DNA of 61,855 nucleotides, the filler included, from Platydemus manokwari (lineage: Eukaryota): NCBI GenBank assembly GCA_037951405.1. It is 6 parts of 6 records of this genome, joined end to end, with 100 filler letters (N's around TTAATTAATTAA, not from the genome) between each part and the next. Parts side by side here need not be neighbours in the genome. Positions count along the whole stretch, not along the records: positions 1 to 8,769 come from JBBMOY011352871.1; positions 8,870 to 19,087 come from JBBMOY011157327.1; 4 more parts are not named here. The stretch is one strand, 5' to 3'. The notes beneath the pieces are model-generated. The model did no database searches and was not told the DNA's origin. It saw only the letters and a list, made by a program, of their open reading frames with translations. Shown here piece by piece: positions 1 through 13,047 of this stretch. A program made the position numbers and the translations under genes. The stretch's first letter is position 1; the number at the start of each line of letters is the position of its first letter.

Positions 1-1280
1 TTGAAATATAGTTATTTCCAAATATTCTGAATTTGTTTGATGAGACTGTTCATTAACCTAATTCTTTAGTAACGAAGTAGTTCTTCGGAAATTGTAATAT
101 CTGTTAACTTGCTTTGAACATTTTTCAAAGTGTAAAATGAGATTTTATTTTGATATAATATTATTAAATTTATAATATTATTAGAGTTATAATATGATTA
201 TTATTACGATTATAATCATACAAAATAAACTGACATCAACAATATTTTTTATTCAACAAAATTATGATATCGATTTGTATTGGTCTTCAACGATACAAAT
301 TTGATTGGATAATATGTTTTGAGCAGAAATTTGTGTCAGTCATGACTTATCACCAATCAATGATTTTCGTAACCCGAGTGATATTATTCATATGTATGCA
401 TGGTGTGTATTTCGAGATATTGGTTTTATGTGATGGAGTAAAAATAATAGCTTTATTATTGTTCTAAAATTAATTCAAACTTATATTAATTATAAAATTA
501 ATGTTATAAGTGTGTCAACTTCATCTATCTCAAAGGTGAATATATACAAATCCGCATTCTCATAATTCACTATTTATAGCTCTTGTTTAGATCTTTAATT
601 TCTTGTCATGTGGTATTCTCAGTTATTCTTAGCACAGAATTAAAGATTTAAACAATGTTCTTCCAAAATTGTATTTAAAAATGAATGATCATCATAAATA
701 AATGAAACATAATCCAAAATATAATTTTGAAAACAAATGACTCGTTCTTGTTGATCTAATAAATAGAGCATTTTTAATGAATTAATTAGCCATCTATTAT
801 TTTAGATGTCAAACGAAATTTAGAATATGGTCAAAATTTAAAAGATGATGCGAAAATAAGCTGGCCTTTGGAAAAAAGTCTTTCGATTGCAACAGATAAA
901 AGTTATTTTTAAATATTATTTTATTCCTATTCAAAATTGCTAATGAGTCAAATAAAAATGATCGATTCTTTCAATTTACTTTGGAAAAAATAGGTTTGGA
1001 ATTATGATAAATTAATTTATTGATTGGCACAGTATAATGTTGATTGATAGCTTGTCCTGTTAATTGGCATGTCAATATAATCTCGATAAATGGCTATTAT
1101 TAATTGTTAAATATTCATAAAGCCATCGAAATAGAAACATTCTAATATTAAAAATGATTTTCAAAGAGTAAAAAAAACAATTAAAAATCAAATTAAAACA
1201 ATGCGGAACAAGTATTTTTAACTCAACGGCTATCATAATTAGAAATCAATTACGTAATTACTGTCGTAATTCTTAAAATC

Positions 1281-2063
1281 AATATGTTTATCAATCAGTA
1301 TTGCAAATTTTGTCAAAACATCGATATCGAATTTATCACAAATCATATCAATGAATTTAAATATCTTTGATGTTATTCAATTTTTATAATTAATATTCTA
1401 ATTTTATTTAATGATAGAAAGAAATTCAATGATATATTTGAAATGTTTATTTTCTTTAGATTTTTATCCAAACAATTTAATATATAAAATGGTAATATAA
1501 TAAGTTTTTAGTTACAAATCTCACAAAGAGCTTGGTAATAATATCAATTGTCGTTTTGTTTCACTACAGAAGATATCTTATTAATTCAAGTAATTCAAGA
1601 TGTTATTGTAAAAATCGAAATATTTATCAACTACTTACAATAATAAGTAATATTTAATATTTTGAGAATTTATTAAGAACTACCCATTAAATAGTATGTT
1701 CTAAAAATATGGTATAACAATGTGGAAAACGAACAAAATTATTTTTTTCATAAATCACTTTGACAATAGAAGAATATTGGTTTAATATTATTAGTATTGA
1801 AAAATCTATGTTGTAGAAAAATATCAGTATTCATTACTGGGAGTTATTGATCATATTGGATCTATAAACAGTGGTCATTATTTAGCGAAATTTCGTGATA
1901 TGAATATCAAAGATATTTGGTGGTGTTTCAACGATATGAAGTAAAGTTGTTTTCTATATTGATCATAATATTGATCATAACCATTTGTAGTGTCTCGAAA
2001 ATTAATTGTCCCGATAAAGAAGTCATCACAGGAAACACAACAACATATTTCTTTCAAAGATAA
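1281..2063 (+). pseudogene. Ubiquitin-specific protease (peptidase C19) C-terminal part, probably a pseudogene
   Basis: Exon 1817-1940 translates KYQYSLLGVIDHIGSINSGHYLAKFRDMNIKDIWWCFNDM, the USP His box (YxLxxVIxHxG...GHY...WxxFND). It splices (GT..AG) to 1991-2063 VSKINCPDKEVITGNTTTYFFQR*. Upstream pieces (CKFCQN, FTTEDIL, TIIKLP, TLTIEEY) are in USP order but need frameshifts or read through stops. Confidence 0.7.
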
Positions 2064-2274
2064 TCAATGGACCCAAATAAAAAGAATAGAATTGAATATA
2101 ACATGTTTGCCTTAAGATATTATTGTGAATAAAGTTTTCATTTTCAATATAATCAAATAATCGATATATTTTCATATTTTTGTTTATTTTTTTAAAATAT
2201 CTATGTGCTGAATTTATTAATAAATGTATTTCATTTACAGTTTCGATAACACCTAATAAGTGATATTAGAACTT

Positions 2275-2313
2275 GTTAATAATGATAATAATGATAATAA
2301 TAATAATAATAAT
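2275..2313. repeat. (AAT/GAT)n microsatellite
   Basis: taataatgataataatgataataataataataataata. Confidence 0.85.
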
Positions 2314-2469
2314 ACAAATAATTGTTAGTTGCCAAAATTTCTTCATTCATGATATTCAAATCAAAAGTCATGTTTACAACAAATCTATTAATCAATACAT
2401 CAATTTTCAAACAATTTTCAAATTTAAAATTTATTTCCTTCTAATTTGTCTTCATTTTTAATCCAAATT

Positions 2470-2705
2470 TAAAAATGCTCACATTTTTATATTACATCTT
2501 ATTTTTTTTTTAATATTTAAATTTTATGTTTAATAATTTTAAAACTGAGAGTTTAACAATATTTTGTAAGCAAGATCCTTTTATAAATATTAATATGGCA
2601 TTAATTTTTAATATAATTTTATAAAAATATCTTTTAGCTCAATTTTAATTATTTTAATCCTACGTAAATTTTATTTTTTATTGTAATTTTAAATAAACCC
2701 TACAG
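2470..2705 (+). repeat. Dispersed AT-rich repeat, copy 1 (copy 2 at about 52635-52838)
   Basis: Colinear shared blocks aaaatgctcacattttta / aaactgagagtttaac vs aaattgagagattac / gcaagatccttttataaata vs gcgagaccattttataaata / taaaccctaca vs taaacctcaca. Confidence 0.65.
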
Positions 2706-2924
2706 TCATAATATCTAAAGAAATTTTAAAATCACTTGTCACATAAATTGTATGTTATTTACCAAAAAAAGGTTGGCTTTATTAAATATGTTTTAATAAA
2801 AATTTTGTCATTCGGATAAAATTAACGGAATTGCTTTGTCACTCATGTTTCAATGTATTTTCATTAAATTTACATTATTAATAATAATATTTTGTTATTA
2901 CACAATCTAGATTTCTCTTAAAAA

Positions 2925-3746
2925 ATGAGTATCCCCGAAAAGACCTGTCGAATTGTCTTTCTGGGATCTGGTCGAGTTGGTAAGACATGTATCATCCATA
3001 GATTGCTTAAACTACCATTCGTGGAAAAATATCGAGCAACAATTGAAGATATTTATGTCCGCGATATTGAAAAATCAAATGATAAAATCCAATTCAAAGT
3101 TGAGATTCTTGATACAGGCGGTAGTTTTCATTTTGCCGGAATGTTAGCATTGAGCATTTCTAAGGCATCGGCTTTTGTTCTTGTTTATTCTGTAGATGAT
3201 CGATTTTCTTTGGATTATGTTAAGAGCTTATATCTTCAGATAGAATCAAAACGGGATGATTTCTCATCTATCCCAATATGTATTGCTTGTAATAAAATCG
3301 ATCAAAATGATTTCACAATTCAAAGCCCGGATGAAATGATATCATCACTAATGAAGGAAATTAAAATTGATTCATCGCAAATAATTCTTATTTCCGCCAA
3401 GTTCGATGAAAGTATTGATCAAATCTTTCATTGTTTATGGAATCAAAACCTTTTGAAGAAGGCAGTTAACATTCCGAAACCAAAAGAAAGCTCAAATTGG
3501 TCTATTTTAATAAAACGGCGTGTGAGTGCATTGGAATCATTGATAAGTAATAACAATGAGCCAAAGCCCGGTCAATTGAATTCAATGCTTCGTGCAAAGT
3601 CAGTTTGTCAAAGTCCATCGAATGCTAACAGGGACATACAAAAATTAAAATTGCATTCTAAGCAAGTCCTCAAGAAAGATCCAACAACACCGCCCAAAGA
3701 ATGGAAGAAAGGTGACGTTCTGAAAATAGATTGTCCAATCTCATGA
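2925..3746 (+). CDS. Ras-family small GTPase, Ras-dva/Rhes(RASD)/Di-Ras-like, intronless, with CaaX box
   Basis: 273-aa ORF with G1 GSGRVGKT, G2 YRATIED, G3 DTGG, G4 NKID, G5 SAK; ALSISKASAFVLVYSVDD segment; long basic C-terminal extension ending CPIS; aataaa shortly after the stop. Confidence 0.92.
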   Translation: MSIPEKTCRIVFLGSGRVGKTCIIHRLLKLPFVEKYRATIEDIYVRDIEKSNDKIQFKVEILDTGGSFHFAGMLALSISKASAFVLVYSVDDRFSLDYVKSLYLQIESKRDDFSSIPICIACNKIDQNDFTIQSPDEMISSLMKEIKIDSSQIILISAKFDESIDQIFHCLWNQNLLKKAVNIPKPKESSNWSILIKRRVSALESLISNNNEPKPGQLNSMLRAKSVCQSPSNANRDIQKLKLHSKQVLKKDPTTPPKEWKKGDVLKIDCPIS

Positions 3747-6476
3747 TTTGAATATATCGGTCATTGATTTTAACGATTATAATTTCAATCATTTTGATTT
3801 TCATAATAATAAACTAGATTATTATATTTAGTTCTATTATTTTTTAAAAATATCAGATGCCTTAGAATTCTTTTACACACAGGCACACACACATATATAA
3901 GTACAAATTGAACCATGCATTTTTATAAGAAAAACTGTTAATTTAAATTTTAAATAATTTAGAGTTTTATTCAAAGTCGTAGAGCGCTAAAATGAATTCG
4001 AAAATTCTAAACAACTAAACTCGCTAATGTAGTATGAAAAAACAAATAAAGAAGTTTCATTATTATTAAAATTGAAATCAATCATGTATTTCACCACAAT
4101 CTTGGTATGGATTTAATTAATCGTTTCAGACAACTTTAAAATTCAATTATCCTTCAATGTTACCATTCCTTGAAGAATATAGTATAGTTCGTATTTTTTT
4201 AATAATTTATAATTGGCGTATGAAATGAGATTAAATCTATAAGATTAAATATATAATATCAAATGAAGTAACTAACCAAATGAAAACTATTTAAATTGTT
4301 TACCTTACAAAGATTAGAATAAAGCTTAAAATTCTCAACATTGATATTAGAATAAAGTAAATAATTAAATCGATTAAGAAATCTATAATACTCAAAATTT
4401 TTTTATAAAAAACCATAATGTGGTCAGGAAGATTCATAATTTACTTGTATTTATCAATCCAACAAAATTAAAATAATATTATTTCTTTATCTACGCCGGA
4501 ACCACAGGGTGTCAAAAATTTGTAGACTTCCATCACGGATTAAGCTGCCAAGGAGTTTTAAAATATTCACAGCCGCTATCAATGACGTAAATAGAAGCAG
4601 TCATGTAATGAGTTTGGTTCGAATTATATGATACAAAAAATGAAATTGGTCTAATCGCTTTAGACGTTTCGGTATATAGGTATCATTATATTTGCCTATC
4701 TCTTCAATAAGAAAAAAAATAAGTACTATATATATATTGGAAACATTTGAAAAGTTATATTAAAGTTAGCATGGTAAATCTAATAGAATCGTGAATTATT
4801 TCTCAATTATTGACGAATATCTAAAAAGTCTCTGATATCTGAAAAACTGTCTTATGATCCTCTCTAAATTTCTCCTCGTTTAGCTGAAGAAACCATTTAC
4901 CAATATACTGATAATGAAAACTATTTGTAAGATAATTTTATCCATAATTATAATGAAAGACGTAAATAAATTATGTAAACATACATTAAGATTTATTTTA
5001 AAAATATATTAACGATTTCTTTTCTTTTAAGAAATTTAGGATGCAAAACAAAACTTTTTCGTTAATTTAATTTTAATAATTAATTAATAATTAGGTTGTA
5101 ATTTGAATAGTTAATTCCAATTAATTTAACATTTAAATATATAGTCTTCATTCCGATGGTAGAGAAGCCATTATTGATTTTCAATTTCGGTTTCCAGAAA
5201 CATTGATGTCATCATTTAAGAAAGGACTGCAAAGAAAGGACGTACCAACAGTGTACTTATCATTTGAAACAGGCACGATATTTTTTTGCCGTTTCAGAAT
5301 ATTCGAGTTTTCGAAGTTATTTTATCTAAATTCTATTCTTGTACTAAATATATTCTACTTACAAATAAATCTATTGCATTCGTTTTACAATCTAATTATT
5401 AGTGCATAAATTGAAACCGAAGAAGACCAGATATTATTCCTTAATTTTTTTTCTAAACCAATATGAGAAATAATATTCCTTTTAAAGAGTCATTTTACTT
5501 CATTACTCTTTTTGATTGCAATTGTTACGTTTTATGGAATTTTTTTTAAATGAATTATAATAAATGTTTCAATTTAGAAAATATGGAATTTCATTTCTTG
5601 CAAAAATATCAAAAATAAAATTTTAAACCATTTTGATATTTTACATATTTTAAATTAAATATTTTGTAAAATTTTAAAAATAATTATGATAATAATTCAA
5701 TACAAACGGACCGATAAAAACTTGAAAAGAAAATTATCATGAATATTTAATGATGTGGGTACATTATTGCATAAAAGATTTTTGTCATTAATATTTAATC
5801 CTGCGATTGTAAAGTGTCATTGACAAGTAAAAAAAATTAATTATGACAGATGATATTTCAAAAATAGTAATTTAAGAATTATTATTCGATTTTATATCTT
5901 ATTAAATGATTGAGGAGTCTATGTTTTTATTAAATAAATTACTTCCTCTAATAAACTACTTAGTAAATTATTTGTTTGATTAATTTATTGAAATAATGTT
6001 CCATATATAAGAATCGTTATTATAAATAATATGCCGTTTTTCTGAGTTATTTTAACCGCTGTAAATAATCTTTGAATCAATAATTGAAAAATTTTTATGA
6101 CAAGCTTTAATGAATCTTTTGCCAGCAAATATTTTAATAAGTTCTTAAATAAAATAGGCAATTTAATAAATTTTATATAAATATCATCAGGAATCGTTAC
6201 CAATATAAATTTTGGCTTATCAAACATAATTGGAATATTTTGATAAACTTAATTTGAAACACATAAATAAACAATTTCATTAATGTGAAATTTGAAACAA
6301 AACAGAGTTCAAAATTCAACTTTTCGCTTCCTTTAAAATATGTTTGTAAAATTATACATATTGACTCATACCCATAGGAAAGTGTTGGGCAATAATTAAC
6401 AAATAAACCTGGAAATTATATTAAACTACAATTTCACAAAATCAGTTATGAACAAATGCACTTAAACATTTATTCT

Positions 6477-6780
6477 ATCACACAAGATGGGATCAGCACC
6501 CAAAAGTCAAAGACAGAATAGAAAATAACTAAAAAGACTGGATGCTGAAAATCACAAAAAGTTAAGATTGTACACAACTTACCGACCAAAGAAGACTGCC
6601 AGTTACTCATGGAACTCTACCTCTTTTATAGGCCTGTTGTGCATGCTTGATGTCATGGATCTTCGGTTTTAATTGGCTGAATTCATTCTTACATCGGTTC
6701 ACTTTCAATTTTTCTTGTATCTCTTATACCATAGGCAGATATTTGAGAGTGCTGCCATTCGAAGGTATGTGCCTGTTGAT
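6477..6780 (-). repeat. Unclassified dispersed repeat with decayed coding and exon-like structure, copy 1
   Basis: Reverse complement aligns by eye to 37015-37284 (e.g. gaagatccatgacatcaagca vs gaagatcaatgacatcaagca; tttgacttttgggtgctgatcccatcttgtgtgat vs tttgactttcgggcgctgatcacatcttgagtgat). Confidence 0.75.
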
Positions 6781-8769
6781 TTTTATATTCTAAATGTAGA
6801 TTAATATTAAAAAGAATTTGATGTGTTTATCGGATCTGCGTGTGTCAACTTTTTAGGGTGATTTCCTTGGTTCTTGTAAACCTCCTTGATGATTTCTTGA
6901 ATTACCCAACCAAAGCAACATATCTATAAAACAAAACAAGGATTATCAAATCAACCTGACATTGAAGAAATGGTTGGATTAACAACACACAAATTGCATT
7001 CAATAAGCACCTCCAGGTATCAATAGAAACTGTTAGTAAGCAAACAAACCGTATTGAGACAATTAGCGCAACAAATATCACTTCAACATAACTGACTGAA
7101 TAGATGGTATAAATACGACCAACATTTCTGAACCTATCTAGTGTCTGTTGTTAGGCATAGATGCCAGTTTCGATACCAGAATATGGCAATAAATATTTTA
7201 TCGATTTTATTTGCCTTTGATAACTATTTTCTTTTTATTATTGAGGAGCATTGGCTTTTGGATTCTTTCAAATTGCAAATATTGTATATATTATAACACT
7301 GGCAAAATAACAGAATCACAAATATAATGATATTCAGATTAACAATATTTGATAGTTTTGTCATGTTCTCTTATTGTTTACAGAAATAATATTAACTAAA
7401 CTCAAATCTTTGAATACTTAGATATTTGGCTAATTTGAGATTAAGATCATTTTTAGAATAATCATATTATTAAAAAGATTAATTCCCGAAAATTAATATT
7501 CTTATTTACAATTGATTACCGACCTAATACAGTACCGTTTAACTGTTATGTGTGAGCCTTATACATTTTTGTCAACGTAAATTTCACTGCTATTGTGATA
7601 AATATCGTCTTAATCTGTCTCAATGAATTCTTATCATGGCAGTTGGTGTAATCTCCCTTATTCAATATTATTTATTTTTACCTGTACTGTATATGCACAA
7701 TCAGTGTGGAAACAGTGTTCCAATATCGGCCTCAAATCATACATTATCTTTTGTACACAACTTTACCGGTAATAATGATCATGATTTTGCAACCAATGGC
7801 ACATCCTTCAAATTGAAAATAGATTTTTATCACCTTCAGGTCCTTTGACACAAACAAAAAACAAAAAAATATAGTAAAATATGATGCTTATAAAAAATAT
7901 GGATATGAAATCATTGTTAAGAAAATGTCTTACGTTATCTAAAAATAGAATAATCTAAATTTTAGGTTAAAATGGCTATAAATGTTTTTGACATCAATAC
8001 CAAAATAAAAAACTTGAGAAAAATCATTTAAAATAAAAATTTAGGTTTATGTTTTCCAAATATAAATTTAATCAAATGTTTTTCGGTAATCCGAAATTCT
8101 TTACAACTTTTCATACGTTGTAGAACAAAATAATTGATATTCAAATTCCCATGAGCTCCACGTTTTTTCAAATAAATTAAAATATGTTTTTCCTTAATAT
8201 TTTGTTATGCCGCAATAGAAAATGGAATTCTGAGTTCAAATCTGCTATCAAAATTAAAATCGGATAAATATTAAAAATGGCACGAGTTTAAATTTGAGAC
8301 AAAACTCAAATTATAATTATCAAAACAAAATATCCCGGCCAGATGATAGGTAAACACTTTAAAATCCCGGTATTCCTTTACCAACTATTTTAATATAAGT
8401 TTCCTGCTTCTAAAGTAAATGAATACAAAATGAGCTGTGGTCACACTAGCTAAAATAAATTTAAAAATTCATTATTTTTTATTTCTATTTTTGAAATTTT
8501 AAACTGGAGTATATTTTCTAATATTATTCCGATTTAATAATGAATTCATGATCTATGATGTTTTCTCAATCGGATCACTTTGTCTTACATCAGATTTTTA
8601 TTTTATAGAAAGAAATAATATAAATAATAATTATAATAATGTTCGATTTGTTAAATAAATAAATAAATAATTTCACATCTAATAATAAAATTAATAATTA
8701 TTGGGTCTATAACTTAAAAACCGGAATTTTTTTAGAACAATTGAGTGCTTATTAAAGAAAATCTTGTAC

Positions 8770-8869
8770 NNNNNNNNNNNNNNNNNNNNNNNNNNNNNNN
8801 NNNNNNNNNNNNNTTAATTAATTAANNNNNNNNNNNNNNNNNNNNNNNNNNNNNNNNNNNNNNNNNNNN
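8770..8869. other. Artificial assembly spacer (N44-TTAATTAATTAA-N44)
   Basis: Exactly 100 bp; 12-mer giving stops in all six frames centred in an N run; occurs five times in the window. Confidence 0.97.
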
Positions 8870-8894
8870 TAGGTTGTTGTGTTTACTTTAATTA

Positions 8895-9010
8895 TATATT
8901 ATTATCATTTATCATGTATTATTATCATGTGTTATTATTATCATGTATTATTATATTATTATCATGTGTTATTGTATTCTTCCAACATATATTTTATCCA
9001 TGTTATTTAT
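8895..9010. repeat. Low-complexity tandem repeat (tattattatcatg-like unit)
   Basis: Repeated tattattatcatgtg / tattattatcatg units. Confidence 0.7.
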
Positions 9011-9049
9011 GTTATTTCCCAACAATACTATGCTTTACTTATACTTTGC

Positions 9050-10240
9050 TATACAATACGATCTCGAATTTTCCTAAATCCTCTGAACCTGTATTAAAAC
9101 TATTTCAGTGTCTCGATAGAACCCTCATAAAACTATGTTTATCCTCAGGATCCAATTTATCATCTAAGTTCTGTTCAATGCTTTTTAATATTTCATCTAG
9201 CCTGCTTAACTCTTTTCGGAACATAAATTATACAACCCAACTAAATTCCTAAGGCTATCCTCGTTAATTTCATTTATCTCTTCTACCCAACATAAATTCA
9301 TTCCAGTATAAATATTTTGGTACTATTTTCAATTTACTTCAACATTATCAAAACATATTCGTTATTTAATTTAAGCAACGAGTCGGCTAATATCAAATTC
9401 CTCTTCACTATGTTTCTCTTATCTGCTACAAATACATACTCCAAAAAACTATTCACTTTTTTGCTATTTCTGCCAATAACCATAGCTTTTACAAAGTAAT
9501 TATCATCTCCCAACAGCACATCATTCGCTAATATTACTCGTTTATTATTCTGGATATTATTTCTGGATTTATTATTCTAGTTCCATCGCATTCTGACCCT
9601 CGAAATCGACCTCTAACATTTTAAAGATTCTATCTGGTTTTTATAAACAAAGGTATCTCAATCCCTTTTATCCTAATGCAATCCTCACTCGGTACTACCG
9701 AAATTCCACATTTCTTCATATAATGTATTCTAATGAAACATTCTAAGAATAGTTCTGTCACTACATCAAAATATTGAAATAATTCTTATGCGCCAATTAC
9801 AACTCTTAAATAAACATGTCCTAAAGGTTTTATTTTTGATCAATTTTCACATCTAATTCTGTTAGATCTCCTCATTTTGATTGAATCATCCCTTTTCATT
9901 AGTCTATTTACTAAATCTTGGCTAATTATATTAAGATCAGCTACCGTGTCAAACATTTCTTCACTTTCTCATCCTCAACTTTACAACTATTGGTTTGCTT
10001 TTTACCTTTTTTAGTCTGCGATTCGTTATAACCGTATCTGTTTTTGCCAAAAAATTCGAATTGGTTTAGCTCCTTGACCATTCAAAAATTGTGCATAAAT
10101 GTCCTCGATTGAATTGAATTGATTGTACCTAGATTTTCTTAGCTAAACATGTTTCCAGTCATCCATATCTTACTCAGAAAGTGTGTCTAAGCTCAAGACA
10201 TTGTCCTCTTCTATTTTCATCTATTTTCGCGCAGAATTTT
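9050..10240 (-). mobile_element. Decayed Ty3/Gypsy LTR retrotransposon fragment (aspartic protease to pre-RT linker)
   Basis: Minus strand PIVVKVEDEKVK / MFDTVADLNIISQDLV (DTGAD-type protease, about 9935-9956), KIKPLGHVYLRVVIG, IHYMKKCGISV; then spacer ORF 9334-9519 and LDPEDKHSFMRVLSRH*NSFNTGSEDLGKF, typical of the stretch just before RT; contains stops and frameshifts. Confidence 0.75.
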
Positions 10241-13047
10241 ATCACAGAATAAGATAAAAGCTCGATTTAATTTAGTCGAGAGATATTTTCTCTATCTGAT
10301 AAATTTATTCAGAGAGAATTTCTCTCACCTGTGCGAGGTGAAGGAACATCATTATAACATAGAGTACACCAGTGGCCTTAATCAAGAGCTCATAGACACT
10401 GATTAAGACAGTAGTGGTATCGTTTAGGATTAAGATTAGTTAAACAGTAAAATCAATAAGGCCCGAACTTAACATATATATGCAATGTTTTGTAATATAA
10501 CCATAACAATTACTTGAAATTTAATGTCGAAATATCTATTTAGGAATTATATAATATGAAATTATATTTTTGGTTGGTTTGGACTTTTTATTTAATTTTA
10601 ATATTTTTATATACCTTCCATGTTAGAATAATCTATATTATTGTTATTATTATTGAGGCATTATATTTTGCTCGATGCCTTTTAGATTTTTATGTACTTT
10701 TAAAACTTGAAAGGTTTAAGTTATATCACAAATTTGGGACTTTTGCTCATGCATTTTTAAAGATTTGTTTTGAACACGGTTTTATCGTAATATTGAAAAG
10801 AATTTATTTATTTAGAAAAATTGAATATCATTTTTAAAAATATTATGAATGGATAGTAAATGTGAATGTATCAGTCTTTTGAACTGTATTATCCTCTAAT
10901 AATAGCGAGAAAGCGAGTGAATATTCCAAGATAGTGCGTTCAAAGACTAACTATGCATGTTGGCAACAAATTGCTAGGTTTCTTATTTTCAACTTTAAAG
11001 AACCTGATTAGACGGGTAAAAGGCCAGTATTATTGGTTTGAATGTTATTGCTTATATCTTTTTATCCGAGGTCAAAATGTAGTTCGTTGTTGTTAGCAAT
11101 TATTTCATTTTCCCATGTTGGGTATTTAGCCGCTAAACGCTCAATCTTAATGATTTCTATTTATCATCTTATTCAATAGAAACATGTTTTAACAAATGGT
11201 TCAATCACATTCATATTATCTGGCAAGTAAAAGACAATGATTATTTATAATTGGCTAAAGCTTAAAATTATTTAGAATATAAAATTGTCAAATTGAAATT
11301 GGTATGAATTTTAAACAAAAAATATCTCGAAATTTTTAATGAAACAATTTTGGGATTGTAATGATATAATTATACAATAAAAAAATATTTTCAGTCGAAC
11401 ACCATTAGTGGCCCAATCCGTCATTTATTCGTTGTACTAAAAGTAAAACAATAAAATAATAAGAAATCATGAAATTACTTATTCGTTGCGCTCTCATTAT
11501 TCTCAAAAGATCCATCATTGAAATACTCTGTGATTGTTTAGCTTTCTCTGTTCTGCTCTTATTTTGATTTATTATCTAATAATACTAATACTAAAGATTA
11601 TAGATATTTATAAATTCAATGTTGCATTTCATTTGAGAGCGTAAACTATCTTAATTAATTAGATGGTGAACTTCAAATAAAGTTCTAATAATTATTTTCT
11701 AATTAATCTAATTTAAACAATAATTTCAATAAATCCGACTTAACAGATTTTTTTAAAGATACATCGTCCTGTGTTTGAATTTTAAAGATTAATTAATGAC
11801 GGACTTTCAGATAAATTAATCATTTGCAGAATCAATTTCGTATGTAAGAAATAAGAAATGAAATCAAAATGAATCTTAAACTAGATCTTGAAGTTTATTT
11901 TTAACTGTGCCTTTAACTTTAAAAATAAAATGAAATTAAAGAAATACTCACAAAATTAGTGTTAATTTTTGGTAGTTTGAGATCTTGGAAACCTAATAAT
12001 GATAAAATGTTAAATTGTGTCAAAATCTCAATGAAGGTTACAAAATTAGTTAAACTTATATAAATTTTATTAGACCGTTACAACCAACTCAAACTCACAA
12101 AATAGGTCACAATGTTTTTCACAATTCTTTTATAATTACGGTTAATAAATATCGAACAAATTTATAAAATCATAAGTAAAACGTTGTGTTTCAGACCCAA
12201 TGTTACTCAAAAGTTCATACCAGAAAAGTATAGAAGTGGGAAATTTTCAATAAGAAACCATCGAATACACAAATGAAAGGCTTGTAGAATAAATAGGGAT
12301 TATAAATTATTAATTAACAATTATGAAAACAATTAATTAACGATTTTAAAAATTAAGAAATACCTACTAAACAAAATGACAGATATGGGTGAATTAAGAA
12401 ATTTTAATTAAATTTCAAAAAATTCAATATCCAAAATATAAATATTAATTATTATATTAATGAAATTATAAATACCGGGAATTTAATTTTGAGTTACCAA
12501 GTAAATCACCTAATGGCGTAAACCCGATGCGTTATGCATCCATATATGTACTAGTATTCTAACGTTATTACAACATGCATTACCATGTGCTAAAATGGGA
12601 CAACTATATATGTATTTGTTAGAACTTAAACAGATAATATCAGAATTCGATACTTCAAAAAACTAACTACTTTAAGACTTATTATCGCCAAATAGTTTTC
12701 TAAGATTGAGCTTAGATCAAAGAAACAATAATAATAAACGTTTTTCTAATAAAACAGAATGCCACGAGACTTACAAGTTACATAAGTATATGTAGCTAGG
12801 GCCTTTGCAGCTAATTGATAACGCTATCACATAGTTAAAAATGGTGGCTCTGCTACAATCTACAGTGTTTTATAATGATATTTCATATAAAAAATATTTC
12901 CGAAGTCTTTACGATTACCATTTGAACATTTTTCATTGAACATTAGTGTAATTATTTATCAAATGCTTTCCATTTTATTTAAGATCTATTGGTTTTTCTC
13001 ACTCTTGATCACCACTTGAATTTTAATTTCTTTTTTATTATCCTCAA

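Noticed and set aside
5141-5430. Possible MITE bounded by tagtcttcattccg ... ccgaagaagacca
   Set aside because: Inverted match too short and degenerate, and no TSD identified.
8814-8825. Palindromic TTAATTAATTAA recurring five times about every 10 kb, as a biological motif
   Set aside because: Always centred in N44 flanks totalling 100 bp; an artificial six-frame-stop linker.
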